Positions 1 to 10,479 of a DNA stretch of 31,076 bases are shown in pieces. A program made the position numbers and the translations under genes. The notes under the pieces were generated by a model. The model saw only the letters and a program-made list of their open reading frames with translations, did not search any database and was not told the DNA's origin. The stretch comes from Bacteroides sp. (GTDB lineage Bacteria > Bacteroidota > Bacteroidia > G022818785), in the NCBI GenBank assembly GCA_022818785.1, contig CP063811.1, positions 325,158-356,233 of the forward strand, given 5' to 3'. Numbering within the stretch: the first letter of the stretch is position 1; the number at the start of each line of letters is the position of its first letter.

Positions 1-315
1 TTCTAATGAAAAATATAATCTATCATTTTGAGATCTAGGGCTCCACATAGCAGGACCTTTAGATTTATTAAGCATTCTAAATTGTATTCTTGTTTTATCT
101 GCTATTATTCCACTACTGCCTCCTAAGGCATCTATTTCTCTAACAATTTGACCTTTAGCAATCCCACCCATAGCTGGATTACATGACATTTGACCAATAG
201 TATTAACATTCATAGTAATTAACAAAACTTTCATACCAAGCTTAGCACTTATTAATGATGCCTCACACCCAGCATGACCACCACCTACTACAATTATATC
301 ATAATTATCAAACAT
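1..315 (-). CDS. mnmG: tRNA uridine-5-carboxymethylaminomethyl modification enzyme MnmG/GidA (5' part; runs off window start)
   Basis: Not in ORF track. Manual translation from ATG at 315: [19 protein letters not shown]...[24 protein letters not shown]...[20 protein letters not shown], the MnmG FAD-binding N-terminus; frame open to position 1. Confidence 0.97.
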   Translation of the reverse strand, partial: MFDNYDIIVVGGGHAGCEASLISAKLGMKVLLITMNVNTIGQMSCNPAMGGIAKGQIVREIDALGGSSGIIADKTRIQFRMLNKSKGPAMWSPRSQNDRLYFSLE

Positions 316-327
316 AATATTTAAAAG

Positions 328-2214
328 TTAAATAGAATTTAATATACTAATACCTAATTTTTTAGCTATTTTATTTTTTTGATTATTAAGTTCTAAATAT
401 TTTTTCTGTAAATCAACAATTTTAATTTTGTTAATACAATTAAATAACTCATCACTGATATTATAAATATCAAATAAAATATTACACAGTAATAATCTAT
501 TAATAATATCATTAATATATTTCAATAGATCTTTTATTTTAATATTTTGTTTAATTTCATACTTTTCATTCCATTTATTACTTATATTGGATTTTTTATT
601 CAAAATTGAATTAACAATGTTAATAATATTTGTATCATTAAAACTAAGATAAAATTTCATGTCAATAAATTGATCATTATAATATTTTATTTTAATACTA
701 TTAATTATTAATAGTATAACCTTATTTTTAAAATCAATATTTTTTATTGATTCAATAATATAATGCCTTAATAAAGAATTATTTTTAAATGGCATATTAC
801 CATATTGAATAATTATTTTTAAAATTTCATATTCATAAATACTATTTTTTAATTTAATTTCGCTTTTAAATAAGATGTCATTATTATTTTTTATATTATT
901 TTGATTAAATCCAGCTTTGTTTCTATTTAAAATACATTTATTTAATTCATTAACAATTACATCTTTATTAATATTCAATAATTGACTGGCTGTATTAATA
1001 TATAAATCTCTTTTAATATTATCATTAACATAAGAAATACTATTAATAATAGATTTTATAGATTCGGATTGTATATTAATTTTTATTTCATTTTTTTTTA
1101 TTAATTGATAATATTTAAAATGAAGAAAATCTAGTTTATTATTGTCAATAAAATTGATAAACAATTTATTACCTACTAAATTTATATAAGAATCAGGATC
1201 TTGATTATTTGGTAATACAACTATGGAAAGATCCATATCGCATTGCAACATAATATCTATATTCTTTATGGCAGAATTGATTCCTGTTGTATCTCCATCA
1301 TATAATAGAGTTATATTATTTGTATATTTTTTTATTAGTTCAATTTGTTTTATACTAATATTAGTACCCAAAGTCGCAACAACATTATATATTTGATTTT
1401 GATATAAAGATATTACATCTATATAACCTTCTACTAAGAAACAATGATCTAAATTTCTTATGTAATTTTTTGTAAAAAAAATTCCATAAAGATTTTCTTT
1501 TTTAGAAAAAATTCTTGAATCAGATGAATTTATATATTTAATGTTATGTTTTGACAATAAAGTTCTTCCTCCAAAACCCACTATATTGCCAGACAAAGAA
1601 TGTATAGGAAATATAACACGATCATGAAATTTATTATATAGCATCCCATTATATTTCTTACATACAAATCCTATATCATATATATAATCTTTATTAAATC
1701 CTTTATTTATTAAAAAATTTAATAAATTTTTAACATCATTATTTGTAGAATAACTTATTTGAAATTTTTTAATCGTATTTAAAGATATTTGACGATTATA
1801 TAAAAAATTTATTCCTTTATCAAAATTTTTAGATTTATCTTCCATTTTATTTAGAAGATAAGCATTAATATAATGATTAATTAGCAATAATACACTTTTA
1901 TAGTTGTTATCATCTTTTTTAATATGTTTAAAAACATTAATATTATATTTTTTAGATAAGAATTCAATAGCCTCTATATATGAAAATTTCTTATAAAGAA
2001 TAATAAAATCTATTGCATTTCCGCCTTTACCACACCCAAAACATTTAAATATATTTTTTTTTACATTTACATTAAAAGAAGGATGTTTTTCATCGTGAAA
2101 TGGACATAATCCTAAAAAATTATCACCATATTGTTTGAGATTACAAAAATCTTCTACTATATCTAGTATATTTATTTTTGTTATCAATGTATTAATTGAT
2201 TCTTTATCTAACAT
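328..2214 (-). CDS. dnaG: DNA primase
   Basis: CHC2 zinc finger (CPFHDEKHPSF...CFGCG), GFGGR, KYINS, Toprim EGYID and YDGD, DPD. Confidence 0.97.
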   Translation of the reverse strand: MLDKESINTLITKINILDIVEDFCNLKQYGDNFLGLCPFHDEKHPSFNVNVKKNIFKCFGCGKGGNAIDFIILYKKFSYIEAIEFLSKKYNINVFKHIKKDDNNYKSVLLLINHYINAYLLNKMEDKSKNFDKGINFLYNRQISLNTIKKFQISYSTNNDVKNLLNFLINKGFNKDYIYDIGFVCKKYNGMLYNKFHDRVIFPIHSLSGNIVGFGGRTLLSKHNIKYINSSDSRIFSKKENLYGIFFTKNYIRNLDHCFLVEGYIDVISLYQNQIYNVVATLGTNISIKQIELIKKYTNNITLLYDGDTTGINSAIKNIDIMLQCDMDLSIVVLPNNQDPDSYINLVGNKLFINFIDNNKLDFLHFKYYQLIKKNEIKINIQSESIKSIINSISYVNDNIKRDLYINTASQLLNINKDVIVNELNKCILNRNKAGFNQNNIKNNNDILFKSEIKLKNSIYEYEILKIIIQYGNMPFKNNSLLRHYIIESIKNIDFKNKVILLIINSIKIKYYNDQFIDMKFYLSFNDTNIINIVNSILNKKSNISNKWNEKYEIKQNIKIKDLLKYINDIINRLLLCNILFDIYNISDELFNCINKIKIVDLQKKYLELNNQKNKIAKKLGISILNSI

Positions 2215-2217
2215 AAA

Positions 2218-2988
2218 TTATATCTTAAATAGATTAAAAACGTTTTTATTTGTTATATTGATTATCAAATTAATGCTTTTATTTTGCAATTTAGCTATTG
2301 CATGAGCTACGTATATTATATTATAACTTTCATTTTGTTGTCCTCTAAATGGATAAGGAGATAAGTAAGGTGAATCTGTTTCTAAAATAATGTTATTAAT
2401 ATTGATTTTGTGAATAATCTTTGAAAGATGACAATTATTAAATGTTAATAAACCACCAATACCTAAATAAAATCCTAATTCTATTAACTTATTAGCTTGC
2501 ATTAAATTTCCACTAAAACAGTGAACTACACCTTTTAAATATTTGTTTTCTTTTAATTTCAAAATATCAATTAATTCATTATAATCATGTCTACAATGAA
2601 TTGAAACTGGTTTTGAAATATTTTTAGCAATTTGTAATTGCTTTAAAAAAGCTTCCTTTTGATTATAAAAATATTTACGATTATAAAAAGTATCAAGTCC
2701 AATTTCTCCTATTCCACAAATACTTTTTGACTTTTGATAAATAATTTTTTCAATTTTACTTATTAAATATTTATGATTATTGTCTATATACATTGGGTGT
2801 ATTCCTAACATAGGATAAAGAAAATTTTTATATTGATCACATAATGAAAATAATTTATTTATAGTTGATAAATCAATATTAGGTAATATCATTTTTTTAT
2901 TTACCTGTAGGGCTCTATCAATTACATTTTTAATATTATTACCATAAATAGGTAGAAAAAGATGAGTATGTGTATCTATATAATACAT
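2218..2988 (-). CDS. tatD: TatD family deoxyribonuclease/hydrolase
   Basis: DTHTH, GIHP, GEIGLD, HCR, HCFSG, LETDSPYL motifs. Confidence 0.93.
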   Translation of the reverse strand: MYYIDTHTHLFLPIYGNNIKNVIDRALQVNKKMILPNIDLSTINKLFSLCDQYKNFLYPMLGIHPMYIDNNHKYLISKIEKIIYQKSKSICGIGEIGLDTFYNRKYFYNQKEAFLKQLQIAKNISKPVSIHCRHDYNELIDILKLKENKYLKGVVHCFSGNLMQANKLIELGFYLGIGGLLTFNNCHLSKIIHKININNIILETDSPYLSPYPFRGQQNESYNIIYVAHAIAKLQNKSINLIINITNKNVFNLFKI

Positions 2989-4004
2989 GATCTTATATCA
3001 CTAAATATTTTTTTACATAAAATAAAAGAATCATCTAATTGCATATTTATATATCCTCCAGATGCATTTTTATGTCCTCCTCCATTAAAATATTTTTTTG
3101 CAATTTGATTACAATCTACATTACGTTTAGAACGTATAGAAATTTTAGTCCTAATATTTGATTGTTCTATTAATAGCAAAGATAATTTAACATTATTAAT
3201 GTATAGAGGATAATTAATAATAAATTTTGTCTCATCATTAATGATATTATATCGAATTATTTCTTCTTTAGAAATACTAATTATGCATATTAAAAAATTA
3301 TTATCATTTTTTATAAAATGTGTTTTTTTATAAAAACAATATCCAAAAAATTCAATAATACTATAATTATTGAAATGATAAATTTTATCATAGATATAAT
3401 TATTATTAACTCCCGATTTTACTAATTCATATGCAATTTGAAAAATTTTATGTTTAGAAGGAGTAAATTGAAAAGAATTACTATCAGTTAGTATTCCTGT
3501 ATATAAACAATTTCTAATATTTATGTCCATTAATTTTTCAAAATTTAATTTATGTATAAAGTCATATAATAATTCTGTAGTTGATGAAGATAAATTATTA
3601 TGATATAAAAAATCATATTTAATATTTACATCATTGTGATGATCAATAACAATTTTTATTCCTCTTGATCTCAAAAATACTTGTTCTATTTTATGTATTC
3701 TTGTAGTATTACTAAAGTCTAAACAAAATATAATATTAGCTTTTAATATTTTTTTACAAATCTTTATATAATTATAATGATTTAATATTAATACTTTATT
3801 AATATTTGGCATCCAATCAAATTTATTAGAATAATTAGATGTTAAAACAATATTAATACTATTAAATTGTTTCTTCAATAGAATATTGTACATTGTAAGT
3901 ACAGATCCAATAGCATCACCATCAGGATTGTCATGTGTGATTATAATTATATTATTAGATGTTTTATTTAGTAAATCAATTATATTTGATATATTGTATT
4001 TCAA
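2976..4004 (-). CDS. nrnA: DHH/DHHA1 phosphoesterase (bifunctional oligoribonuclease/pAp phosphatase NrnA-like); TTG start
   Basis: HDNPDGDAIGS, IDHH, YTGILTDS, GGGHKNASG motifs. Confidence 0.88.
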   Translation of the reverse strand: MKYNISNIIDLLNKTSNNIIIITHDNPDGDAIGSVLTMYNILLKKQFNSINIVLTSNYSNKFDWMPNINKVLILNHYNYIKICKKILKANIIFCLDFSNTTRIHKIEQVFLRSRGIKIVIDHHNDVNIKYDFLYHNNLSSSTTELLYDFIHKLNFEKLMDINIRNCLYTGILTDSNSFQFTPSKHKIFQIAYELVKSGVNNNYIYDKIYHFNNYSIIEFFGYCFYKKTHFIKNDNNFLICIISISKEEIIRYNIINDETKFIINYPLYINNVKLSLLLIEQSNIRTKISIRSKRNVDCNQIAKKYFNGGGHKNASGGYINMQLDDSFILCKKIFSDIRSCII

Positions 4005-4044
4005 AATATTATAATTTTTTTACAATATAATAATTTATTTCTAT

Positions 4045-4467
4045 ATGACTTCAAATAATTTAACTCTATCTATTATAAAACCAGATGCTATTAAAAATAA
4101 AAATGTAGGATTTATTATAGATGATATAGTAAAAAATGATTTTAATATAATTAAAATAAAAAAAATGACTCTTAATAGAGATATAGCCTCTGATTTTTAT
4201 ATAGAACATTACAAAAAATCATATTATAAATCTTTAATAGATTATATTATATCATATGATATTATAGTACTATTGCTAAGTAAAAAAAATGCTGTTGAAG
4301 AATTTAGAAATCTTATTGGAGATAAAGATCCTAAAAAAGCAAATAAATTATCTATAAGATATAAATATGGTAAATCAATACAAGAAAATTCAATTCATGG
4401 TTCAAGTTCTATTGTATCTGCAAAAAGAGAGATTAGCTTTTTTTTTTCTAAAGTTGAATTATTATAA
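4045..4467 (+). CDS. ndk: nucleoside-diphosphate kinase
   Basis: TLSIIKPDA, FYIEH, FRNLIG, ENSIHGS (catalytic His), REISFFF. Confidence 0.95.
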   Translation: MTSNNLTLSIIKPDAIKNKNVGFIIDDIVKNDFNIIKIKKMTLNRDIASDFYIEHYKKSYYKSLIDYIISYDIIVLLLSKKNAVEEFRNLIGDKDPKKANKLSIRYKYGKSIQENSIHGSSSIVSAKREISFFFSKVELL

Positions 4468-4469
4468 AA

Positions 4470-4751
4470 ATGAATAAACTTTTATTTAAAAATATATTAC
4501 ATAATATGTTTTTTGAATATAAAATAGATAAATATTATCAATATACTATAGTTTCAAAATATTGGAAAGATTTAATGGGTGAGAATGTATACAATCGCAC
4601 TAATAGCATATATCTTAAAAAAAATATTTTATATATAAAAGTTATTTCTACTGTATTAAAAAATGAACTTATGATTAAAAAAAATAAAATAATCAATTTA
4701 TTTAACGATAAATATAAGAATATTAAAATTAACAAGATAATAATATTATAG
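4470..4751 (+). CDS. DUF721 / DciA-like protein (helicase loader accessory), highly diverged
   Basis: WxxLMG...RT..I..K...LYI...S.VLKNEL pattern typical of Bacteroidota DUF721; size 93 aa. Confidence 0.7.
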   Translation: MNKLLFKNILHNMFFEYKIDKYYQYTIVSKYWKDLMGENVYNRTNSIYLKKNILYIKVISTVLKNELMIKKNKIINLFNDKYKNIKINKIIIL

Positions 4752-4755
4752 AATC

Positions 4756-5166
4756 ATGGGGAGAATTATGGCATTTGATTATGGCATTAAAACAACAGGC
4801 ATTGCTGTAACTGATACAGAAAACATTATTTCCATAGGATTAACTAGTATTGAAACCAAAAATATATTAATTTTTATTAAAAAATATTTACAATGTAATA
4901 ATGTATCAAGGTTTTTAATTGGTATCCCTAACGGGAAAAGAAATTTTTTTGTAATTTTAAAAATTCAAAACTTTATATTGAAGTTAACAAATTTATACAA
5001 AGAAATCAAAATACATACTATAGATGAAAATTTTACAACTAAAATTGCAAATCAATATATAATCAATAACAAAAAATTTTATAAAAAGAAAAATTGTGTT
5101 TATGAAAATGAAATTAGTGCAATAATTATGTTAAAAGAATGGCTTAAATATTATAATAAGATATAA
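4756..5166 (+). CDS. ruvX: YqgF/RuvX pre-16S rRNA nuclease
   Basis: MGRIMAFDYGIKTTGIAVTD, GIP, IDENFTT, ISAIIML. Confidence 0.92.
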   Translation: MGRIMAFDYGIKTTGIAVTDTENIISIGLTSIETKNILIFIKKYLQCNNVSRFLIGIPNGKRNFFVILKIQNFILKLTNLYKEIKIHTIDENFTTKIANQYIINNKKFYKKKNCVYENEISAIIMLKEWLKYYNKI

Positions 5167-5167
5167 A

Positions 5168-5722
5168 ATGATACTTCCTATAATTGCATACGGAAACGCA
5201 ATCTTAAATAGATTAGCAAATGATGTAGAAAAACAAAATATTAACAAACTTGATTCTACAATAAAAAATATGTTTGATACATTATATAATTCTAATGGAA
5301 TTGGATTAGCTGCTCCACAAATTAATTTACCAATTAAATTATTCATAATGGATTTATATGATGATATTAATAAAGAAAGAATCAAAAAAGTTTTTATTAA
5401 TCCATACATAAAATCATATCACGGAATAACATGGAGATTGAATGAGGGTTGTCTCAGTATTCCTAATGTTTTATTAAATATCAAACGACATTACAAAATA
5501 ATCATAAAATACATAGATACTAGTTTATCAATTCATGAAGATGCATATACTGGATTGTCAGCTAGAGTAATACAACATGAAATTGATCACATTAATGGAA
5601 TAACAATTTTAGATAGATGTTCTCAAAGAGATAAATTAAAAATCAATCCTCATTTGATAAATATTAAAAAGGGAAACATTGAAACAACATATAAAATGAT
5701 TTTTTCTAAAAAAATTATATAA
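5168..5722 (+). CDS. def: peptide deformylase
   Basis: GIGLAAPQ, EGCLS, QHEIDH motifs. Confidence 0.97.
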   Translation: MILPIIAYGNAILNRLANDVEKQNINKLDSTIKNMFDTLYNSNGIGLAAPQINLPIKLFIMDLYDDINKERIKKVFINPYIKSYHGITWRLNEGCLSIPNVLLNIKRHYKIIIKYIDTSLSIHEDAYTGLSARVIQHEIDHINGITILDRCSQRDKLKINPHLINIKKGNIETTYKMIFSKKII

Positions 5723-5963
5723 TTTTTTTAATATCTTTGATTTCTGGAATTTCTTTTTTTAAAATACTTTTTATTCCTATTTCTAATGTTGTCCCATTTA
5801 TAGGGCAATCTTTACATAATCCCAAAAATTTTATAGTTAAAATCATATCTTTACTTAAATCTTCAATAGATAGATCTCCACCATCTTCTCTTAGGAATGG
5901 CCGTATAATATTATTAAAAACCTTTTCAATTTTACATAAAATTATATTTCTATTGTTAGTCAC
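5715..5963 (-). CDS. NifU/NfuA C-terminal-type Fe-S cluster carrier; GTG start
   Basis: IRPFLREDGGD and GLCKDCP (CxxC) motifs, 82 aa. Confidence 0.9.
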   Translation of the reverse strand: MTNNRNIILCKIEKVFNNIIRPFLREDGGDLSIEDLSKDMILTIKFLGLCKDCPINGTTLEIGIKSILKKEIPEIKDIKKII

Positions 5964-5967
5964 TATT

Positions 5968-6549
5968 TTAATAATAAAGTTTAGATAATCCTGTTATTAT
6001 AGCACCTATACGTATAGCATCAAATATAGTGTTTTTAGAAACATTTAATTTAATCAATGAATTTTCATGTGCTTCAATACATGCTTGACAAGAATTTATA
6101 GCAGAAATTACTATTGATATTAATTCAAAAATTTCTTTTCCCAAAATAGGATTAGCCATGATATTCATTTTTACATTAACAGGATGATTATTATAACTAC
6201 CATCTTTTATAAAATGTTTAAATCTATAAATAACATTGTTAATCGACATCAAACTTACACATGAAATAATTTCCGAATATTCATCATTTGATATTTCTAT
6301 CTCTTTTTTTGAAAAATCATATAATGACTTTTTTAAAATACTACTATTATTGCCAATAGCAGAACTAATAGCAATAATAATAGCTTCTTTTTTCGAAAGG
6401 TGATCTACATTAATTGCATTATTAATGCTAACATTAATATCTTTGGGATATCTATATTCTGTATTTTGTAATACATTTAAAAAAATATTTGAATAATCAC
6501 TATCAATATATAAATTGTTGTTTAATCTTTCTAGACCTTTGTTAATCAT
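5968..6549 (-). CDS. ahpD: alkyl hydroperoxide reductase AhpD (carboxymuconolactone decarboxylase family)
   Basis: MSINNVIYRF, FELISIVISAINSCQACIEAHE (CxxC + His); directly downstream of ahpC. Confidence 0.9.
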   Translation of the reverse strand: MINKGLERLNNNLYIDSDYSNIFLNVLQNTEYRYPKDINVSINNAINVDHLSKKEAIIIAISSAIGNNSSILKKSLYDFSKKEIEISNDEYSEIISCVSLMSINNVIYRFKHFIKDGSYNNHPVNVKMNIMANPILGKEIFELISIVISAINSCQACIEAHENSLIKLNVSKNTIFDAIRIGAIITGLSKLYY

Positions 6550-6555
6550 ATATTA

Positions 6556-7110
6556 CTAAATTTTAATATTATCATCACCTAATTCCCAATTACATGGACA
6601 TAACTCATCACTTTGCAATGCATCTAACACTCTAAGTATTTCCTTAACACTCCTGCCTATTTTCATATCATAAACTGAAATCCATCTAATAATTCCTAAA
6701 GGATCTATTATAAATGTTGCTCTATTAGCTACCTTTTCTGTATTATCTAATATTCCTAATTCTTCTGACAAAGATTTAGATGTATCTGCCAACATTGGGA
6801 ATTTAATATTTTTAAGATTTTGATTATTTTGCCTCCATGCTAAATGAGAAAATTCTGAATCAGTTGAAGCTCCTATGATTTTTGTATCTCTATCTTCAAA
6901 ATCATCAAAAGAATCATTAAAAGAAGATATTTCAGTTGGGCAAACAAATGTAAAATCTTTAGGCCACCAAAACATTACAGTCCAATGATTATTATCTCTT
7001 AACATATCAGATTTGATAATATCAAATTCCTTACCTTTAACTGTAGAAACACATGCTTTCTTTTCAAAGAAAGGAAAATCATTGCCTATACTTATTAATC
7101 CTCTACACAT
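6556..7110 (-). CDS. ahpC: peroxiredoxin AhpC
   Basis: WPKDFTFVCPTEI, RATFIIDP, LCPCNW. Confidence 0.96.
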   Translation of the reverse strand: MCRGLISIGNDFPFFEKKACVSTVKGKEFDIIKSDMLRDNNHWTVMFWWPKDFTFVCPTEISSFNDSFDDFEDRDTKIIGASTDSEFSHLAWRQNNQNLKNIKFPMLADTSKSLSEELGILDNTEKVANRATFIIDPLGIIRWISVYDMKIGRSVKEILRVLDALQSDELCPCNWELGDDNIKI

Positions 7111-7187
7111 ATTATTATATATTTAAAATATTTAAAAAAAACAAACACATATAATAAATTTATATAAAAAAAAGATATAGTCAAAAA

Positions 7188-8384
7188 TTATACACTAGTA
7201 ATATGTTCCTTAATATAAGTCATATCAATATGTATATTATTTTTCTTAGTATTACTAGAGGAATATTTAAATATTATATCAATAAATATATTGTCACATA
7301 TAGATTTTAACCCTCTAACACCTAAATTATAATCTAATGATTTATTAATAATGTATTTTAATACTTCTCTATCAAAAGATATATTAATATCATCATATTC
7401 TAATATAGATTGATATTGCTTAATAATAGAATTATTAGAATTAATTAAAATGTTTTCTAACAATTCTTTGCTTAAAGAGTTTAATACTGCTATAAAAGGT
7501 AATCTGCCAATTAATTCAGGTATTAATCCAAATGACCTTAAATCATCAGGAATAATATTTTTAACTAGATTATTATAATTATAAATATTATTAGATTTAT
7601 TATCAATACCATATCCAATATGATTTTTAGATATTCTATTAGATATAATTTTATCTATACCCTCAAATGATCCTCCACAAATAAATAATATGTTATTTGT
7701 ATTTAATGATATTGTTTCCTGATTAGGATGTTTTCTACCTCCTTTAGGAGGAACATTGACAATAGTTCCTTCTAATATTTTTAATAATGCTTGTTGTACT
7801 CCCTCCCCTGAAACATCTCGTGTTATTGAAGTGTTCTGACATTTTCTAGCAATTTTATCAATTTCATCTATATATATTATTCCTTTTTCTGCATTTTTAA
7901 CATCATATTTTGATACATATAACAATCTTGATAAGATGCTTTCTACATCATCACCAACATATCCAGCTTCTGTTAATGTTGTAGCATCACATATACAAAA
8001 AGGTATTTGAAGAAATTTAGCAATAGTTTTTGCAATTAAAGTTTTACCTGTGCCAGTTGGTCCAATTATTATAACATTAGATTTATCTATTTTAACATTT
8101 GTATTTTTTTCATTATAAAGTATTCTTTTATAATGATTGTATATAGCAACTGAAATTATTTTTTTAGCACTGTCCTGACCAACAACCCATTTATCAAGAT
8201 GATCTTTAATATCTAAAGGTTTAAAGTTATAATAATAATGATTTTTTGTTGTATTTTCAGCATCTAAAATACTATAACATTGTATAATACATTTTTTACA
8301 TATATTAGCAGATAACCCAGATAAAAATATATTATCATTGTTTATACCACAAAATGAACACTTTATTTCTAAATTATTTTTCAA
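7188..8384 (-). CDS. clpX: ATP-dependent Clp protease ATP-binding subunit ClpX; TTG start overlapping clpP end
   Basis: Zn-binding CSFCG...C..C, Walker [35 protein letters not shown]. Confidence 0.97.
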   Translation of the reverse strand: MKNNLEIKCSFCGINNDNIFLSGLSANICKKCIIQCYSILDAENTTKNHYYYNFKPLDIKDHLDKWVVGQDSAKKIISVAIYNHYKRILYNEKNTNVKIDKSNVIIIGPTGTGKTLIAKTIAKFLQIPFCICDATTLTEAGYVGDDVESILSRLLYVSKYDVKNAEKGIIYIDEIDKIARKCQNTSITRDVSGEGVQQALLKILEGTIVNVPPKGGRKHPNQETISLNTNNILFICGGSFEGIDKIISNRISKNHIGYGIDNKSNNIYNYNNLVKNIIPDDLRSFGLIPELIGRLPFIAVLNSLSKELLENILINSNNSIIKQYQSILEYDDINISFDREVLKYIINKSLDYNLGVRGLKSICDNIFIDIIFKYSSSNTKKNNIHIDMTYIKEHITSV

Positions 8385-9087
8385 AATTTATTCTATTATT
8401 TTTTATTAAAATTTTATCAATAATGCCAAATTTTATAGCTTCTTCAGATGTAATCCAATAATCTCTATTTAAATATCTTTTTATAGTTTTGATATCTTGA
8501 TTACTGTGTTGTGATATTATATGATATATTTCTTCTTTTAATTTCATTATCTGTTTTGCAGATATTAATATATCAGATGCTTGTCCTGTATAATATCCGT
8601 TGGGTTGATGTAACATAATGCGAGAATGTTTTAAAGAAAATCTTTTACCTTTATTACCAGCACACAATAAAACAGCCGATATAGAAGCAGAAAATCCTGT
8701 ACATATAGTGGATATATTAGGTTCAACATATTGCATTGTATCATATATACCTAACCCTGCATATATTGATCCTCCAGGACTGTTGATATATATACATATG
8801 TCAGATTTTCTATCTAACGATTGTAAAAACAAAAGCTGTGCTTGTACAATATTAGCTACATATGAACTAATGCTTTCTCCTATAAAAATGATTCTATCCA
8901 TCATTAATCTCGAAAAAATATCCATTTGAGATAAATTAACTTTTCTTTCTTCTGTAATATATGGAGTACTACTATTGTTGAAACAATCAATATTTTGTTG
9001 GTAAAAAAAATTACTTAATTGTTTATCATTTAATTTATGCTCTTTAAGAGCATATTTATAAAATTCTTTTTTATAATCAAGGGACAT
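8374..9087 (-). CDS. clpP: ATP-dependent Clp protease proteolytic subunit
   Basis: MDIFSRLMMDRIIF, YINSPGG, catalytic Ser (SAS), His (HQP), Asp (RDYW); Bacteroidota-type N-terminal extension. Confidence 0.97.
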   Translation of the reverse strand: MSLDYKKEFYKYALKEHKLNDKQLSNFFYQQNIDCFNNSSTPYITEERKVNLSQMDIFSRLMMDRIIFIGESISSYVANIVQAQLLFLQSLDRKSDICIYINSPGGSIYAGLGIYDTMQYVEPNISTICTGFSASISAVLLCAGNKGKRFSLKHSRIMLHQPNGYYTGQASDILISAKQIMKLKEEIYHIISQHSNQDIKTIKRYLNRDYWITSEEAIKFGIIDKILIKNNRINFEK

Positions 9088-9103
9088 ATAGCATATTTAT
9101 TTT

Positions 9104-9111
9104 TATATTTG
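9104..9111 (+). promoter_or_regulatory. putative Bacteroidota sigma-A -7 box (TATATTTG) for the dehydrogenase gene
   Basis: Exact match to TAnnTTTG consensus, ending 47 nt upstream of ATG 9159; weak evidence in such AT-rich DNA. Confidence 0.45.
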
Positions 9112-9158
9112 AAAATATAAATATGTTGTTAGAATAACAATTTTTTTTAGAAAAAATT

Positions 9159-10097
9159 ATGAATAAAATTCAAAAAATATTAATTATAAATGATATACAT
9201 CATATATTTTATGATTTATTATCTAAATATAATATACAACTTATTAATAAATTTGATATAAATTATGACACATTATGTGATATAATCAAAAATTATGACG
9301 GTTTGATTATAAGAAGTAAAAAATTTGTAATAGATAAAAATATAATTAATAAAGGAACAAGATTGAAATTTATAGCAAGAGCAGGTTCAGGTATTGATAA
9401 TATAGATACTATAAGTGCAAAAAAGAAATCTATTAACATTATTAGTGCTGCTGGAGGCAACAGAGACGCTGTTGCTGAACATATAATAGGAATGATACTT
9501 AATTTAACTAATAACATATGTAAAGCAAATAACGAAATTAAAAATGGAATATGGAATAGAGAATCTAATAGATCTACAGAGTTACAACATAAAACATTAG
9601 GGATTATAGGTTTAGGGAATACAGGTTCATGTTTGGCAAAAAAAATTAAATCATTGAATATAAATGTTATTGCTTATGATAAATATAAAACTAATTATAT
9701 AGGAGATTATGTAAAATTAGTTGATGAAAGATATATATTTGAATTTTCAGATATTCTTAGTATTAATATTCCTTTAAATGATACAACGAAAAATATGGTT
9801 GATATTAATTATATCAACAAATTTAAAAAACCTATAATATTTATTAATACCTCTAGAGGGCCAATTGTTAAAACTACAGATCTTATCAAAGCTATTGATA
9901 GTGGTAAAATTATAAGCGCAGGACTTGATGTATTAGAAATTGAAAAATTTCCATCATTATATAATACTGAATACTTCAATCGTTTGTCTAAAATGAATAA
10001 GATTATATTAACTCCACATGTTGCAGGGTGGAGTGTAGAATCATATAAAAAAATATCAGAAATATTAGCAGATAAAATTATAAAAAAATATATATAA
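9159..10097 (+). CDS. D-isomer-specific 2-hydroxyacid dehydrogenase (phosphoglycerate dehydrogenase/SerA-like, no ACT domain)
   Basis: IARAGSGIDNID, NRDAVAEH, GIIGLGNTG, INTSRG, AGLDVLE, LTPHVAG; substrate not determinable from sequence. Confidence 0.88.
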   Translation: MNKIQKILIINDIHHIFYDLLSKYNIQLINKFDINYDTLCDIIKNYDGLIIRSKKFVIDKNIINKGTRLKFIARAGSGIDNIDTISAKKKSINIISAAGGNRDAVAEHIIGMILNLTNNICKANNEIKNGIWNRESNRSTELQHKTLGIIGLGNTGSCLAKKIKSLNINVIAYDKYKTNYIGDYVKLVDERYIFEFSDILSINIPLNDTTKNMVDINYINKFKKPIIFINTSRGPIVKTTDLIKAIDSGKIISAGLDVLEIEKFPSLYNTEYFNRLSKMNKIILTPHVAGWSVESYKKISEILADKIIKKYI

Positions 10098-10479
10098 TTT
10101 ATTAAGCCGGATTCTGTATTTTATTTAAAAATATTTGTCATTTATCTAGTTAATTAATTACTTAATTAATCAATCGATCCACCTTTTTTACTACAAAAAA
10201 GTATAAAGCGAGTAGCTTTAGATTAAAAATATAATCATAAAAAATTTGATCTTTCAACATCTGAGGTTTATCCTTAGTATATATTACTATATATCTAACA
10301 TAGGTTCTTAATCTATATTTTCACCCTTACCTTTTTTTTAGGCGGTTATTTTCTGTGACACTATCTGTTATTATTTACATAAATAATACCTTCTCGTTAA
10401 GAAGCAGATTACTCTATGTTGTCCGGACTTTCCTCTTTAATATGAATTATATTAAAGCGACAAATTTAAATTATATATA
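10089..10479 (-). ncRNA. rnpB: RNase P RNA (bacterial type A); ends approximate
   Basis: Minus strand shows the universal GAGGAAAGTCCGGAC (10435-10421), GTGTCACAGAAAA, GGGTGAAA, AAACC, and ACAGAATCCGGCTTA (10117-10103); terminal complementary arms 10086-10101 and 10467-10482 form P1. Confidence 0.96.

Noticed and set aside
7605-7625. ClpX IGF loop reads IGY
   Set aside because: Conservative variant that I recall as common in Bacteroidota; no sign of lost ClpP docking
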